From contig OZ024740.1 of assembly GCA_964016885.1 (NCBI GenBank), forward strand, positions 140,678,001-140,742,000: a DNA stretch of 64,000 bases. The letters are read 5' to 3'. Below the pieces are notes generated by a model. It was not told where the DNA came from. It was given only the letters and a program-made list of their open reading frames with translations, and ran no database searches. Position numbers and translations under genes: made by a program. Positions 24,239 through 37,969 of this stretch are shown here, in pieces (position 1 is the first letter of the stretch; every line of letters starts with the position of its first letter). This DNA is from Eledone cirrhosa. Lineage: Eukaryota.

Positions 24239-24588
24239 AAATCAAGTAAGTTTATGTTTTGTTTATGAAACATAAGCTCATTATAATATTGCTATTATCA
24301 CTTTGAAGTGATATAACCCACTATGAAGTAATATGTACTTAATTTGAAATAGTTGTAGCTGGAGGCATTCGGACTTACCTTGCTTCTATCTGTTGCTGGT
24401 TCCACCGTCCACGTAGGGTACTTCCACTAGAGTCTGTCTTCACACACCTGTCACCTTCAAGGGCCTATGGCTAAGAGAGGGCTGTTCACGGCCTGATGCC
24501 TCGAGTCACCCCCGTCCTCCTGGTTCCGGACAGGCATCCCCCTCCCACGGCAGCTCTACACCTCCCTCTATCTCACGGCAGCCTCACA
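24239..24588 (-). repeat. 3' LTR
   Basis: Direct repeat of 28334-28668 with indels; preceded on the minus strand by PPT AGATCAGGGGGGCA. Confidence 0.88.
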
Positions 24589-27500
24589 TGCCCCCCTGAT
24601 CTCACGGATCAACCACCCCCATCACACTGTTCCATCCCAAAATCTGCCATCCACCTAGGTTGGCGGCGGCTCCATTGCGATCTCTGCACTGTTGGGGTGG
24701 CACTTTCATTTTCCTCCTCCCCGAAGTCTGTCACAACAACGACTCTACGGATGTCCAAGACGTGAAGGCATTCCGTCCACAGACATGTTGTTTTGGGAAT
24801 TTACAGTGGTTACCATTCCCTTTCCCCATTGAGATGTGCAACGCGCGTTTGGGGGCTTGACCCATACCTCTTCGTCCATTCGTACGAATGCGCTCTCTCT
24901 CTCTCTACTGGCTGCTGTGGTACCCTACATGGGTGTCGCCATTCATATCTACATATTGCCCTGTGCGACACCGACTCCTCGGCCTGTCCCACCCGAGGAG
25001 ACATGTTGTACTAGAACACTGCCTCTATTGGCGAAATGCGACCCCTTTCCGCCAAAGCCTTGATCGTGCGATGGTGTCTCTCCAAGATCCCATTTCCGCT
25101 CGGCCTGTATGCCGCTCTGAAGAAGCGGTTTACCTTCCACTTATCAAGCATTTCCCTCAGTGCCTCCACGCGAAACGCTGTGCTATTGTCCATCAGCAGT
25201 TTATTTAAAGGGCTCCGCTCCAAGAATATCTCTCTCAGCGTCCGCATAATTTCCTCTGCAGTCCCTGTTTCATTTCCCTCCATATCACCATCTGTTCCGG
25301 TCCACAATCGACCATCAAAAGATACGTTCCTTGTCGGTAGTGTGTCATGTTCACCGCCAATCGCTTCCAGTTGTGCTCCACCAGGATGCTTCCTGTCTTG
25401 TGCACACCCGGGGCAGGGTCAATAGACTGGCATCTGTCGCAACCTCCGACCACTCTCTGGACACTCTGTCTACTAACATCAGAGTCGATTCTTCTGACTA
25501 GGAATAGGGTCCTATCCATTCCAATGTGGTGCATGGCATGCTGTCCCCTCAACTCCAAATCACTCAGCCGACACACTGCCGCTATCCCCTTCTCTGCGTC
25601 CCCTGGCGTTTCCAGCCAGGCTTTCTTCACTATGGTTAATACATCTGCCCTATTTTTCTCTGAGGGTACAAAAACCACACTCAACTCCAAGCCGAACTTG
25701 GTGGACAGCTCTCCCAGAGTTCCCAGGCAGCGCTTTATCAACATTTCTGCTGCCCCTCTCGTTCGCACCCTCCTCTCATTGGTAAGCACTGACCTCAGCC
25801 ATCCAAGTACAGTGGCCGAGTCAGTGCAAATTTCTATAGTGCACAGCTCCCATCTCAGGGCGAGATTCACCCCTCTCAGCACAGCATCCAGTTCGGTCAC
25901 GGTGATGTGGTTGTAGTCCTCCTCCTTTCTCAGCCAGGCTGCATCCTCGACCTCGACGCCACCTATTTCCAGAGTGACCCCTAGTACTATGCTGCTGGCA
26001 TCACACCATACGGTCCTGCTCTCCGATTGGGGACGTACCAGCGTCCTCTCACTGGGTCATCTGCCTTTGCCCTCTCCACGATTTCCTGACCTCTGACCTC
26101 TTTCCAACCCTGTCACCCCAGCTCACTCCATCTGCTCGTCTCTTGACATAACTGCATGCCGTTCGGAGCCACCCTGTGATCGGATAGTGGCCCACCAATT
26201 TACCACACATTGAGAAGAGTTCCCATCTATTCATATCGGGGCCCAGTTCCGGGACTTCCTTACCCCTCCGAAACACCAGTGTGCCCGTCTTATCCCTTTG
26301 CAACCTGAGTCCTAGCGCGGCTCCTCCTTCCATCGCCTCCGGCGGTTTTGCAGTCAGCCCAAACCTTCCCAAGTGGCCTGAGACCTCTGCTGCTGACACC
26401 ACTATCTCATCCACCAAGCTGTTGTCGATGTAGTAATTGGTGGCCCTCTTCACCTTGTCTGCTTTCCCCAGAATGGCCTTCAGGACCGTCGCCATGATTT
26501 TTGGTGCAGAGTTCAACCCGAAGCCAAACCTGGTCAGGCAGTATGTCTGGCCCTTATACCTGACCAGCTGATATTTCCACAGCTTCTCATCCACGTGTGA
26601 CTGCAGATATGCCGACTTTAAGTTGACGATCATGGAGGCCCCCGTCATTTGTCTCCACTCTCGCAAGGTTTCCCCGCAAACATCCGAGACCCCACCACCT
26701 GTGTGGCATGACACATGTTTGTTCAGCTCACGAAAGTCCAGCACCGGCCTAACCTTGTTCTTCGTGGGCTGCACCACTGCCATTAGTGGCAACACTCCAC
26801 ACTTCACCTCCTCCTTCCAAGGAATCAGTATACTCTCCTCGATCCATCTCTGTACCTCTCCCTCAAACTTGCTTCTAGCATTTCCTTCAGGGTATGCTGA
26901 TAGCAGCCCATTCTATTCTTCAGCGTTGGTGGATTTCCCTTCCAGTATCACTCAACTACCCACCGCTGCCCATCGAACACCGCCCTGAAATCCTTGTCCT
27001 GTATGGTATTTTCTTCGTGGATTCTCCCAGCACATGATGTCCTCTCGCTACCAAACATCACTCTGACTTCACTCACTGTAACACCTCCAAGGCTGCCAAT
27101 TGCATCCATGTCCATTACTACATCGATTCCGTCCACCACCTGGTCAATCACGATTGCCTGAAGCCTAATTTTTCTTCCCCGTACCACCATCGACACCTCG
27201 CTGGTACCTCTGCATCTAATCTCCCTGCTGTCAACTGCCCTTATACTGCTCATCCCGCTCCACTTTTTAACCACCTTCATGGTTACTAGTGTTGTCGTGC
27301 AACCCGTGTCCACGAGTGCTCGCGATGGCTTCCCTTCCACCAAAACTTCCACTACGGGCAGCGACTGCAAAGGCGCCTCTACTCGCTTCCAGGGGTGGCT
27401 ACTGGCGCAGTAGTCCCCCTTAGACCATTTCCCTGGTCGCAGTCATTAGCAATGTGGCCTGGTCACTTGCAGCGATAGCAGACTATGGTTGGCTTCGGCT

Positions 27501-28333
27501 CTCTGCAGTCCCTTGCCATGTGCAGGCCCTGGCACATGAAGCACCGGCCTCCGAACGCACGTGGATGACTATTCACAGCGGCTGGTCTCCTTTCGTGATA
27601 CGTCGGTCGCTGTCGACTGCCATGGGCTTCCGTCGTTGCCAGCGCTGCAACACTCCACTCATGTCCTGTGTTATTATGCGGGCCTGTGTGATGAGCTTGC
27701 TCATGCTCATCTCCCTGTTGCCGGGTAGTCTTTGAAGCTTCACGGAGATTTCGTCAGGGAACCCGTTCATAAAGGCCAACCGCATGGCACATTCGCATTC
27801 CACCGCATGGCACATTCGCGTTCCACCGCATGGCACATTCGCGTTCCAACACGAATCCGGCCAATGGAGCCAACCGCCGTAACTCTGTCGCGAATACGTC
27901 CATGTGCTCTCCCTTCCATCTCGTTCTGCCTAGCTTGGCAAAAGCAGCATACGGCCCCTTGGTGAACGCTTCCTTAAGTCGCTGCCCTATCTTTTCCGTG
28001 TTCAGTTGGTCTCTCTCGTCAAGGTACAGTGCTAGGGCATCTCTGTCGAGATATAGAGCAATCAAACCAGCAACGTTGTCAATGCCTTGCAGCGAGGCAA
28101 CCAATGTAACCTTTCTCAACCAGGCCACAACATCTCCTTCTCTGTTAAAAGCCTTGATCGTCTTACTATTCAATCTCAGTTTCGCTGCCATCTCCCCTGC
28201 GAGATCGGAAAAAGTTAACAACAATACCCCACGAAAAAGAACAACAAAAAAAAAAAGAAAAAAAAGGGCCAACTAAAAGGCTGCCGTGCTGGGAGTAAGA
28301 ATGCTGAAAGATGGGAAAATTCATTAAATGCCG

Positions 28334-28668
28334 AAATCAAGTAAGTTTATGTTTTGTTTATGAAACATAAGCTCATTATGATATTAAGTAATATGTACTT
28401 AATTTGAAATAGTTGTAGCCGGAGGCATTCAGACTTACCTTGCGTCTATCTGTCGCTGGTTCCACCGTCCACGTAGGGTACTTCCACTAGTGTCTGTCTT
28501 TACACACTCGTCACCTTTGAGGGCCTATGGCTAAGAGAGGGCTGTTCACGGCCTGATGCCTCAAGTCACCCTCATCCTCCTGCTTCCGGTCAGGCGTCCC
28601 CCAACTTCTGGCAATTCCCCTCCTACGGCAGCTCTACACCCCCCCCTCTATCTCATGGCTGCCCCACA
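28334..28668 (-). repeat. 5' LTR
   Basis: Direct repeat of 24239-24588; begins TGTGGGGCAG on the minus strand. Confidence 0.88.
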
Positions 28669-29670
28669 ATAGTTATTCTCAATTTGAATTGATATATCCT
28701 CAATTAGAATTACAAACACTGTAAGACCATTATTCAACTTAGTCCATCATACTTTAAAGAAAATAGAGTGCACTGTCTGAAGAAGGAACCCTGCGAGATG
28801 AAATGAAAAGGCCCAAAGGGATATCACATTGATTAAAAGGATGTTTAGGTGCAAAAGTGAAGAAGTAGGGTCCTTGGTTAGTCTCGTACCAAGTTTGTTT
28901 TATGGGTCCAAACAGTTCAAATGTTATTGTTATTTGGAGGTGGTGGGAGCTCTTTTACTATATATAGTATGTATGTGTATATATGTGTCTATGTGTGTGT
29001 GTGTTATTTTTTTGGTTATTTGTACTATGGGTGTACTATATCATTGTCAATGTGTTTTTTTCATTAGTGTGTGTTTTTTATACATATATTTTTATTCCTA
29101 TATTTTAATTTGTTATTGTGGGTAAACGTTACATCAATGTTGTATCATGATGCATTTAATTATTATATTGTATCAACCTTAGCAGCCAATAAATAAATTA
29201 TTGTATTGTATCAGGTAAGGGTGGTGGATTGGTAGAATGAGTAGGGCCTCGGACAATATGCTTTATGGCATAGAGTTATTGCCTTTATGTTCTGAGTTCA
29301 AATCCTGCCGAGGTTAGTTTTGCCTTTTATCCTTATGGGGTCGATAAATAAAGTACCAGTAATGCACTGGGGTCGATTTAATCGACTTTCCATTTCCCCC
29401 CAAATTGTTGGCTTTGTGCTTAATTCAGAAACCATTATATTATATCAGGTGTATTTGTCAGATGACTACGCTCTGATGGATATGTAATGTTAGTGAGCAT
29501 GAACGATGAGAAAGAAACAACCCCAGTACTGACTAGTACTTTATTGACCTTGAAAGGATGAAAAGGGAAAGTAGACCTCAGCAGAATTTGAACTCAGAGT
29601 GTAGAGAGCCAGAGCAAATACTGCAGTGTTCTATCTAATATTCTAACAACTTGCCTAAATCGCCACTTAC

Positions 29671-29713
29671 ACAAATTGATACCTTATACTTTAGATATAA
29701 GGTATCAATTTGT
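29671..29713. repeat. Perfect 18-bp inverted repeat with 7-nt loop
   Basis: ACAAATTGATACCTTATA-ctttaga-TATAAGGTATCAATTTGT. Confidence 0.9.
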
Positions 29714-30421
29714 AACAAGAGAATTATAAGGGTATTGATATTGCTAGGTACTATAGAAATATAACCCTATTGCTAAGAACTTTTATTTTATTCATTTATA
29801 AGTTGCATCAATTTATTCAACACTCTAAAAGAGGCACTTTATGTGAAAATAATCGTTATTCTTTCACGGAATTCTTTAAAAGTCGTGCTTGAGCATCTTA
29901 TGAAATAAACTGACCTTTTGAAATGTCATCCAATACTAAAAACTCTGTTGGTTACAGTCAAGGAAACAAAAAATTGAAATATTTCCATTAGAATTGGCAA
30001 AAGATGGTGAGAAACAAAAAAAAAAAAAAAAAAAAAAAATCAAATAATGATTCTTACAATATGTAAAATTGCTTTCCTATTCTTGTGGATATATTTAGAA
30101 AGTTCCATCCCGTTATTTATTTCGTTATTTTGAAGGTGTGTGGTTCGGGTATTTGATTGACAATCATAAAGTTACGAGTCCAAGTCCTGGCAATATATGT
30201 TTCTAGGATCTTGTGCAGAACTTTAATTTCTGGCTACAGTATCAATGAGTATGATTCTCAGATTACACAAGTAATTAAGAGAGACAACTAAGAAAAACCT
30301 CCCAATGCAAACGATTTTACATTTTCCAGCACAAGCTCTTTCAACTCTAATTGATGGAGTGGCCAATAGAATCAGTCTTTTGGTTCTATGATTTTAGCTT
30401 TGCTATCAAGTTAATCACATA

Positions 30422-31306
30422 CAGGGTGTGGAGGATATTTGTTCGCAATTTTCAACTGCTAATTTTATACAAATTTTTTTTACTTCCGTTGTCACTCTTT
30501 GTCTTGATAAAAACTGACTATATTTCCATTATTTATTTTCAGAATAAATTGATTATGAATAATTTTGAACCTCCAAATTTGTGGAAGAGACACAGAGTTC
30601 TTCTTGGAATCCGCACCGGGAGGACAAATAAGACTAGAAGATCAACTCCCAGAACAACAGGTGGCTCGCTGTCTCATCCAAAGATGTGCCCAGAGTCATG
30701 CAGACAAAGTTTCCAGTGACAACATTGGTCTTAGGTGTCGTCAGCAGTCAAGGTGACGTCATGCCACCTCACTTCTTCCCTGAGGGCCTCAAGCTGAACA
30801 CCGATGGCTACATCCGTGTTCTGAGCAAGGTAGTAAAGCCCTGGATAAACCAGGTAGCTGCAGGTAGGCCGCACGTGTGGCAGCAAGACTCAGCGCCGTG
30901 CCATACCAACCGAAAGACCCAAGCCTGGCTGTCAGAGAACTTTGTCGACCACACTTCATCTGGCCTCCCAGCTCGCCTGACTGCAACCCCATCGACTTCT
31001 TTGTGTGGGGTGCAATGGAACGAGACACCAACAGATTTAGCTGCAATACGAAAGACGATCTGAAGGCCAGGATCACAAGTGCCTTTAGGGGCCTAAGTCG
31101 GGGGACAGTGACGAAGGCCTGTAGCTGGTTCCGAGGCCGCCTTGAGGCCGTCATCAAAGGCATTGGCGGGTTTATCTAATGAGATCGAAAGAACAAGTCA
31201 TGAAGACAAACTGATCCAAGTTTGATAAATAAATCTTAAAAAATAAAACTACTGTGTTATTTTTTCCTAGACAGTAATCTTGCGAACAAATATCGTCCGC
31301 ACTCTG
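30422..31306 (+). mobile_element. Internally deleted Tc1/mariner-superfamily transposon, DD37D (maT)-like
   Basis: TA-flanked TIRs CAGGGTGTGGAGGATATTTGTTCGCAA / TTGCGAACAAATATCGTCCGCACTCTG. Transposase remnant WQQDSAPCH...WPPSSPDCNPIDF with a frameshift. Confidence 0.88.
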
Positions 31307-33600
31307 TAGTTTTTGACTATTTTCTAATTTATTTGTTTCCTTTACATTGAATTTTTTACTCATCTTTTGCTTTTTTTATCATTTCCTAAAACAACATTTC
31401 AGTTGATAGAATGCCTCACCACATTCTGGACATCAACAGGGTTGTTGTCTCATCAGATGATAGTGAAGGAGAGAATGCGACCAGCACTCCTGTCCTGCAA
31501 AGGTCACGGAGGGAACATTATCCACCCAGGTGGACAGCTGAGTTCAACATGAAATGAGAGTGTGAGAAGTGATCTTTAGACCAGATGGGCATGTCACGTT
31601 AATGGAAAGGGTCAAATGACATGCAATTTCGAAGCAATAGGTTGTGATTCTAGAGTCTCGTGCAAGACTCTAATTTCTGGACTGAGTTTGGGTATCATTC
31701 TTGGGTTATACAAGTAGATAAGAGAGGCAACCAACGAGAACCACCCAATGTAAGCAATTTTATGTTTTCTACCAGAGTCTTTGGGTGTGATACCATTTCA
31801 TGTTGTTCCAGTCAACTCAGCAGAAAAAACCCCCCAAAAAACTGTATCTGTAATTTAAGCAGGCAGCTATGTTACACAGTATCACACTGAATCTCCATAA
31901 AAACTATGTTAAAGGTACACATGTCTGTGAAATGCTCAGTCACTTGCAAGTTCATTTCACAAGCATGTTATTTCTTTGATCAAACAACTGGAAAACTTGT
32001 CAGAACCGATGGATGTCCAATAAGCCTCATTTTACACATTTACAATGTACTGTATATTTTGAATTGAAATTTTGAAGTTCAGTGGTAAGTCACATGGTGG
32101 TTATTTCACATCATATTTTTGCAGAAAAAATGCAATTTATACACGAGTATAAGTAGTATGTTCATATGTGTCAAGTTGCATCATTTTTATGCCAAGGGTA
32201 AAAAACAGATATTGAATAAAATAAAATATCCGACTGAAATAAATACTCCATGTGGATGATAATTGTTGTGTGAAGTACTAAGTGATCCCAGTAGAAGGAA
32301 GCTGCAGTAGAAGACCAGAGCAAAAGTGGTGAGAGTTGATTTGAAAATTCTGAACCTCACTGAGTTATGTAAGAGCTGGAGGATGGAAGGCAGTGCTGGA
32401 AAAAGACCCATCCTACTCATGCAAATTTGGAAAAAGGGATGTAAAATGATGATGAAATGATCAACTGAAATCCACAAAGGCAGTAACCCAGGATGGCTGC
32501 CACGCAATGACTGTGATCATCATCATTATTTTATAACCACTCCCCATTCTGGCATGGGTTGGACAGGTTGTTATAGTCAGAAACTAGACAGGTCAAAGAG
32601 ACCTAATCTTGCTCATGCGTTCCAAATTTGGCATGGTTTCTATGACTGGATGCTCTTTCTAATACCACCATTACAGAGAATACCCGGTGCATTTTATGTC
32701 ACCAGTACTACCACTTTTCAGAGCGTAATGAATGCATTATATTGTATTACCAAGACTACCACTTTTCAAAATGTAGTGGATGCATATTATTATGGTGCCA
32801 GCACTACCACCTTTCAAAGTGTAGTAGGTGCATTTTATTGTTGCACCAGCACTAGAGAGGTTGTCAGTAAATAAAAAAATGTAAACAGTAATGAATAATA
32901 ACAACAAATAAACAAATATCATCCAATGGATTTTTATTTTTATATTTTTTTTTATTCAGATATATTCCAAAAACTTGAAAGCTAACAATAACAATTTAAA
33001 AAAAAAAGAAGGGATAAATAACGTATTTATTTATCCCCCCCGCGCACTAGTGCGGATAAACAGTCAATTGCTTGACCTTTCGGTAATCAGAGGTATCCAT
33101 AAATGGGTGATCAGACCTATTGATTTTTGTTGTTTTTGTTTTGTTTCAGGAAAAGGACAAAGGGAGGAAAGGGAGTGGATAATGGGGTGGTGTTTGTGAT
33201 GTTCATGCCTTTCTCAGTAGGGGGCGGGAGAGGGGGGACATTAGTTAAGCACACATTTTGAGTGAAGTTGAAATAACTATGATCGGGGAATCGGAAAAAA
33301 CAAAACTGGGTTTTGGATTTCGATTTACCGGGAGCTTCTTACTTCTTCCTGTGTAATGGCGCCCACCAACAATAACAAAATTATAGTTATTATTTTTATT
33401 ATATAAACATACATATATAATTTTAAAATAAAAACAGTTTTTTTTTGTTTATGAAGCATTGAGGAAATATGAAAATACATTTTGTTTTTTAAAGACAGCC
33501 ACAATGCAGAGGAACCATAAATAATAATCAAATAGATGAGGTAAAGTACCTCTGGATATGAAACCTCCTACCTAAAAAAAAAAAACCCCCCCAAAACCCA

Positions 33601-33676
33601 GACAGAATCACCTGTAGGAATTGGAAACACGCACTTGTGATAGATATGTGGTTTGATTCCTGCAGGTGATTCTGTC
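33601..33676. other. Stable hairpin (21-bp arms) inside a longer imperfect inverted repeat (~33535-33712)
   Basis: GACAGAATCACCTGTAGGAAT / ATTCCTGCAGGTGATTCTGTC. Confidence 0.75.
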
Positions 33677-34890
33677 CACCTTTTTTTACATATCCAAGAT
33701 TACTTTCCTCACCAGTTTGATTATTTATTGTTCATCTGTATTGTAACTGTCTCTAAAAAGCAAAACATATTTCAAAATATATTTTTTTCTTCAAGGCTTG
33801 CATCATTATTATTATCATCATCATCATTATTATTATTGTTGTTATTGTTATTGTTTTTTTTTCTTTTACAATTTTATTTTAATGAATGAATGAATTTTTT
33901 TTATCTTTTAAATGTTGTTAAACAATATATTCTGAAACAATTGAGGTGCAGCAAGAAAGTGATTAAGGTGCTGAACTAATGGACCAAAGATTTGAACCAT
34001 AAATTTAAAGGTTCACATTACTACTCCCTCTAATTTTTCCCAACCACTGAGTGGAATATTTGATGCTTTGAGCAAAAATATTTTTAATTTAAAGCTGTTG
34101 TGCACCAACCTTTTAAGGCTACTGAGCAGTAACATCTTGATGTGCACAGCACCAAAAAAGTGACTACATGACTGCACAGATTTGAGGGAATCTTGGTTCA
34201 CACCAAAGCTAAAAGTTTAAACCAATAGTCAAATATTGCAATTCAAAAGTTAGAAATTTAACCCAAAGATCAAAGACTGCAATTCAAAAAACTAAAGGTT
34301 TAATCAAGGGGTCAAAAATCCCAATGCAAAGGCTAAAGGTTCTAATCCTGAACTCCAGGGAAAGTACATTACCATTATCTAATTGTTTTAATCTATATAC
34401 CTGACCAACAAAAAAATTTCATCACTTCTACTACATAGGGGTGGGGGGATTGGGGAGAGTATCATTTGTTGCACACACTTCAGTAATATATTACAAATAT
34501 TCAAAATTTATAGACATATCCACACTATCATGTTAGCAGTACACATACACACACATATATAAAAGGATAGTAAGTGAATAAGTAGTACACATACTTGTGT
34601 GATAAAAGACCAAACCAAACTATGGTATCAGCCTCCTTATAGCACTACTTCTTTATAAAATTAAAACCATATCTATCACCATCACAACTACTACCATCAC
34701 TATCAACACAACCATAACTATCACCATCATCATCATCATGAGTCACCACTACCATCACCATCAACAACTAAATTGTTGTTGCTACCACCACCATCTCCTA
34801 AATGTGTATTGCTACTATCAATAGTAGTTTATTTAAAAAAATTGACAATATGAAATTGATGGTAAAAATATATCATTAATGCATTTCAGC

Positions 34891-34992
34891 CTAGCTGTGT
34901 CACTATCCATAGCTGTGCTGCTATCCATAGCTGTGTCACTGTACATAGCTGTGTCGCTGTCCATAGCTGTGTCATTATCCATAGCTGTGTCT
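34891..34992. repeat. 18-bp minisatellite (~5.5 copies)
   Basis: Unit TAGCTGTGTCACTATCCA. Confidence 0.9.
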
Positions 34993-36177
34993 ATATTCAC
35001 AAATGGTAGGCAGACTTGTGTTATTATATTAAGTTACCAAAATATATCGAAATATACCGTAAAATACTCATTCAAAGATATGGCAATTATTGTGACTATG
35101 GGTAAATACATATCAGCCTGGCTTATATCAAAATGATGGTGATATACTGACACAGTAATAATATATTCTTTATGAATTTTGGTCTAGATGCATTGTTACC
35201 TGTGACTGTTTATATGATTGGCAAGCAGATGAAACATGTCACCACTGGATTTAAGAGCAATGGTCTATCTAGATAACGTATGTTAATATTAAGTTTAATA
35301 GCAGTGCAATTATGTTTATGATTTCTCAGTGAAGTTATTTATTAAGGTGTGAGATTTGGTGTGTACATGAGAATATGATAGTGCAGAAAAATTAATTCTC
35401 ATTGTAACATTTTTGTTTAAGATAATACCTTGATTCACAGTATTGCTCTGTTGTCCACGAAGAACTAGGGTTGACCGTTACATAAGATACAGGGAAAAAT
35501 TTGAATTGTGGGACAAAAAAATAGGAGGTTATTACATGAGATTAACTTTTACATGAGTATATATGTACACATACATATATGTATATATTCCTGTGTGCAA
35601 TAAGAAGCAGCTAAAAGGGTTGGTGTCAGGGAGGACATCTGGCTGTAAAACATTGCCTCAAAAAGTCCTGTCCGACACATGCCAGCATGGAAGAGTAATG
35701 AAAATGTTAACGATAAATGATATATTATATATATATATATATATATACACACTCACACACACACATATATATATATACACACATATAAATATATATACAC
35801 ATACATATACATATATATGTATGTGTGTGTGGTATAAGGGACAGAAAATGTGGTAGATGACACACATGCACACATACATATGTATGCAAGTTTGTTGTGT
35901 CTATATGTGATGTGTATTTTCATTATCTGTTCCAGTTTCACTATTTCCACCCCACTCACACATCTCTCTTGTTCCCAACAATATACTGGCTCTGTTTTAG
36001 TGTATGTACGTGTGATGGGTTATGTATATGTATGTTGTGGGAGTTCACGTATATTTCAGTGTGAGGTTGGCAGTGTTGGTTTGTGGTGGTTGTTCATGTA
36101 TATATATATATATATGTATATGTGTGTGAGAGTGTGAGAGGATAGTAATGTTCATTGTGGTGTGTATACATATATAT

Positions 36178-36860
36178 CAGATATAGTGTGCAAGAGAGGA
36201 GATTGCATTGGTATGGCCATGTGATGCATATGAAAGATGACAGCTGTATAAAACGGTGCAGCGTGATCAAAGTTGATGGAAGCTATGGAGTAGGAAGACC
36301 TAGGAAAACCTGGAATGAGGTGATAAAAGCTGACCTTGCACAATTGCACCTCTCAAAGACAATGACACAGGATTGAGATCTTTGGCATTGTGCAGTAGTA
36401 TAGAAGACCTGCCTTCTCATTACAGACTGAAGTATGCACCTCTTAACAACTAATTTCCCTCCCCCTTAAATACACCCCCCACGCCCTAACACATCTGATC
36501 ACACCACCCTTCTCCCATGCTCACACACCCTTGCCCCAGTCCACAATGTTAAGTGGTCATATTGGTATCACAACAAAAATCATCCACCCCACACTGAAGA
36601 GTGATCGTGTAGGTGTCACGACAAAAAGTACCCAGCCCACACTCTAAAGTTGTTGTGTAGGTGTCACAACAAAAAGCACTTAGCACACACTGTAAATGTG
36701 GTTGGTGTTAGGAAGGGCATCCAGATGTAGAAACCAAGCCAGAAACAGTTCTGTATGAGCAAAACCCGGTCACCTGACTCAACTTCCTTCAAACAGGACA
36801 ACTCGTCTAACCCATGCTAGCATGGAAAATAGATAAACAGTGATGATGATGATGATTATG
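36178..36860 (+). mobile_element. RTE LINE 3' end (long-UTR subfamily)
   Basis: RRLHWYGHVMHMKDDSCIKRC...GRPRKTW, UTR subrepeats and (GAT)n tail. Confidence 0.85.
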
Positions 36861-37969
36861 ATATATTATATGTGTGTGTATTAGTATTTATACCTATCTA
36901 ATTTCATCTATAAATCAATGCCAGCAATAATTTGTTCATATGTAGGTTTGTAGACAACAGTACTTAACATTTCAAAAGACTCAATGTTAACAACAACAAC
37001 AAAAGAATAACAAAAAAAAATCAAGAGATAAAAAAACGAAAAGGGAAAATTACTCCACTACCTCATAAAAGAAAAACATACGGAAAAGAAAAATATCAAA
37101 ACAAAAAACAAATAAAGAGAAGAGACTAAACATTTTACCAAGTTTCCAGGATTAAAATTCAATAATTTTTTTTTGTTTTATTAAAATATTTTATTGATTT
37201 ATTTATTTAACTTCAGTTTTTCTCTTTACCCGTTCCCCCCCACCCACCACTTCCAGCATCTCCATCACTGCTATCATTACCACCACTTCTAGTATCTCTA
37301 TCACCACCATCACAATCATCTCCACCACCTCCACCAACATCACTAAACTTCATTGTTCAGTAAATATGATGGTCTGTACTTTTCCAACAACAATTGCTAA
37401 TTAATCTACCTTTAATATTTTATTGAGACAAATTTAGAATTATATTTTTACTATTTACTCTTTTACTTGAACACCACCTTGAGTTATTGACCCCAGTGCT
37501 TATTTTGTTTCAAGTCTGGTACTTATTTTATCAATCTCATTTATGGTGAATCTCTAAGTTATGGGGCATAAATACAGATATGGAGTTATACACATATGTA
37601 TATATCTTTGGCATTATGCAGTAATACAGAAGACCCACTTTCCCATGCATGCTGGTTGAAGCATACATCTAATATACATTACTTAACCCCTATCCCCCAC
37701 TTCCATACACCTCCCCTACTATAATACTCTACCCATGTCCTAACACCTCACCCTTCACCCACATATCATCATCATCATCACCATTGTTTGATGTCTATTT
37801 TCCATGCTAGCATGGGTTAGATGGGTTGACCCATATATATATATCATCATCACCATTTTATGTCCATTCTTCCACGCGAGCATGGTTTAGACGGATTGTC
37901 TTGTGGGCAATGCCAAGTCAGGTGACCAAGTCTTGCCCATACAGAACTGATTTTGATATATATATATAT

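Larger units (their letters stand above)
24239..28668 (-). mobile_element. Decayed Gypsy-type LTR retrotransposon (~4.4 kb)
   Basis: Direct LTRs starting TG on the minus strand, polypurine tract before the 3' LTR, gag with two zinc knuckles (CFMCQGLHMARDC, CYRCK*PGHIANDC), protease LVDTG, RT (RPVLDFRELN, FGLNSAP, YIDN), RNase H (ELDAV, CTDS) and integrase (H..H/CDRC, MDNSTAF, SGNGILER) in PR-RT-RH-IN order. Several frameshifts. No clear TSD or PBS seen. Confidence 0.92.

Noticed and set aside
28770-28925. Further hammerhead (CTGAAGA...GGTCC-AAAC)
   Set aside because: GAAA is incomplete, stem II would need a >100-nt insertion and stem I pairing is poor; too degenerate to support.
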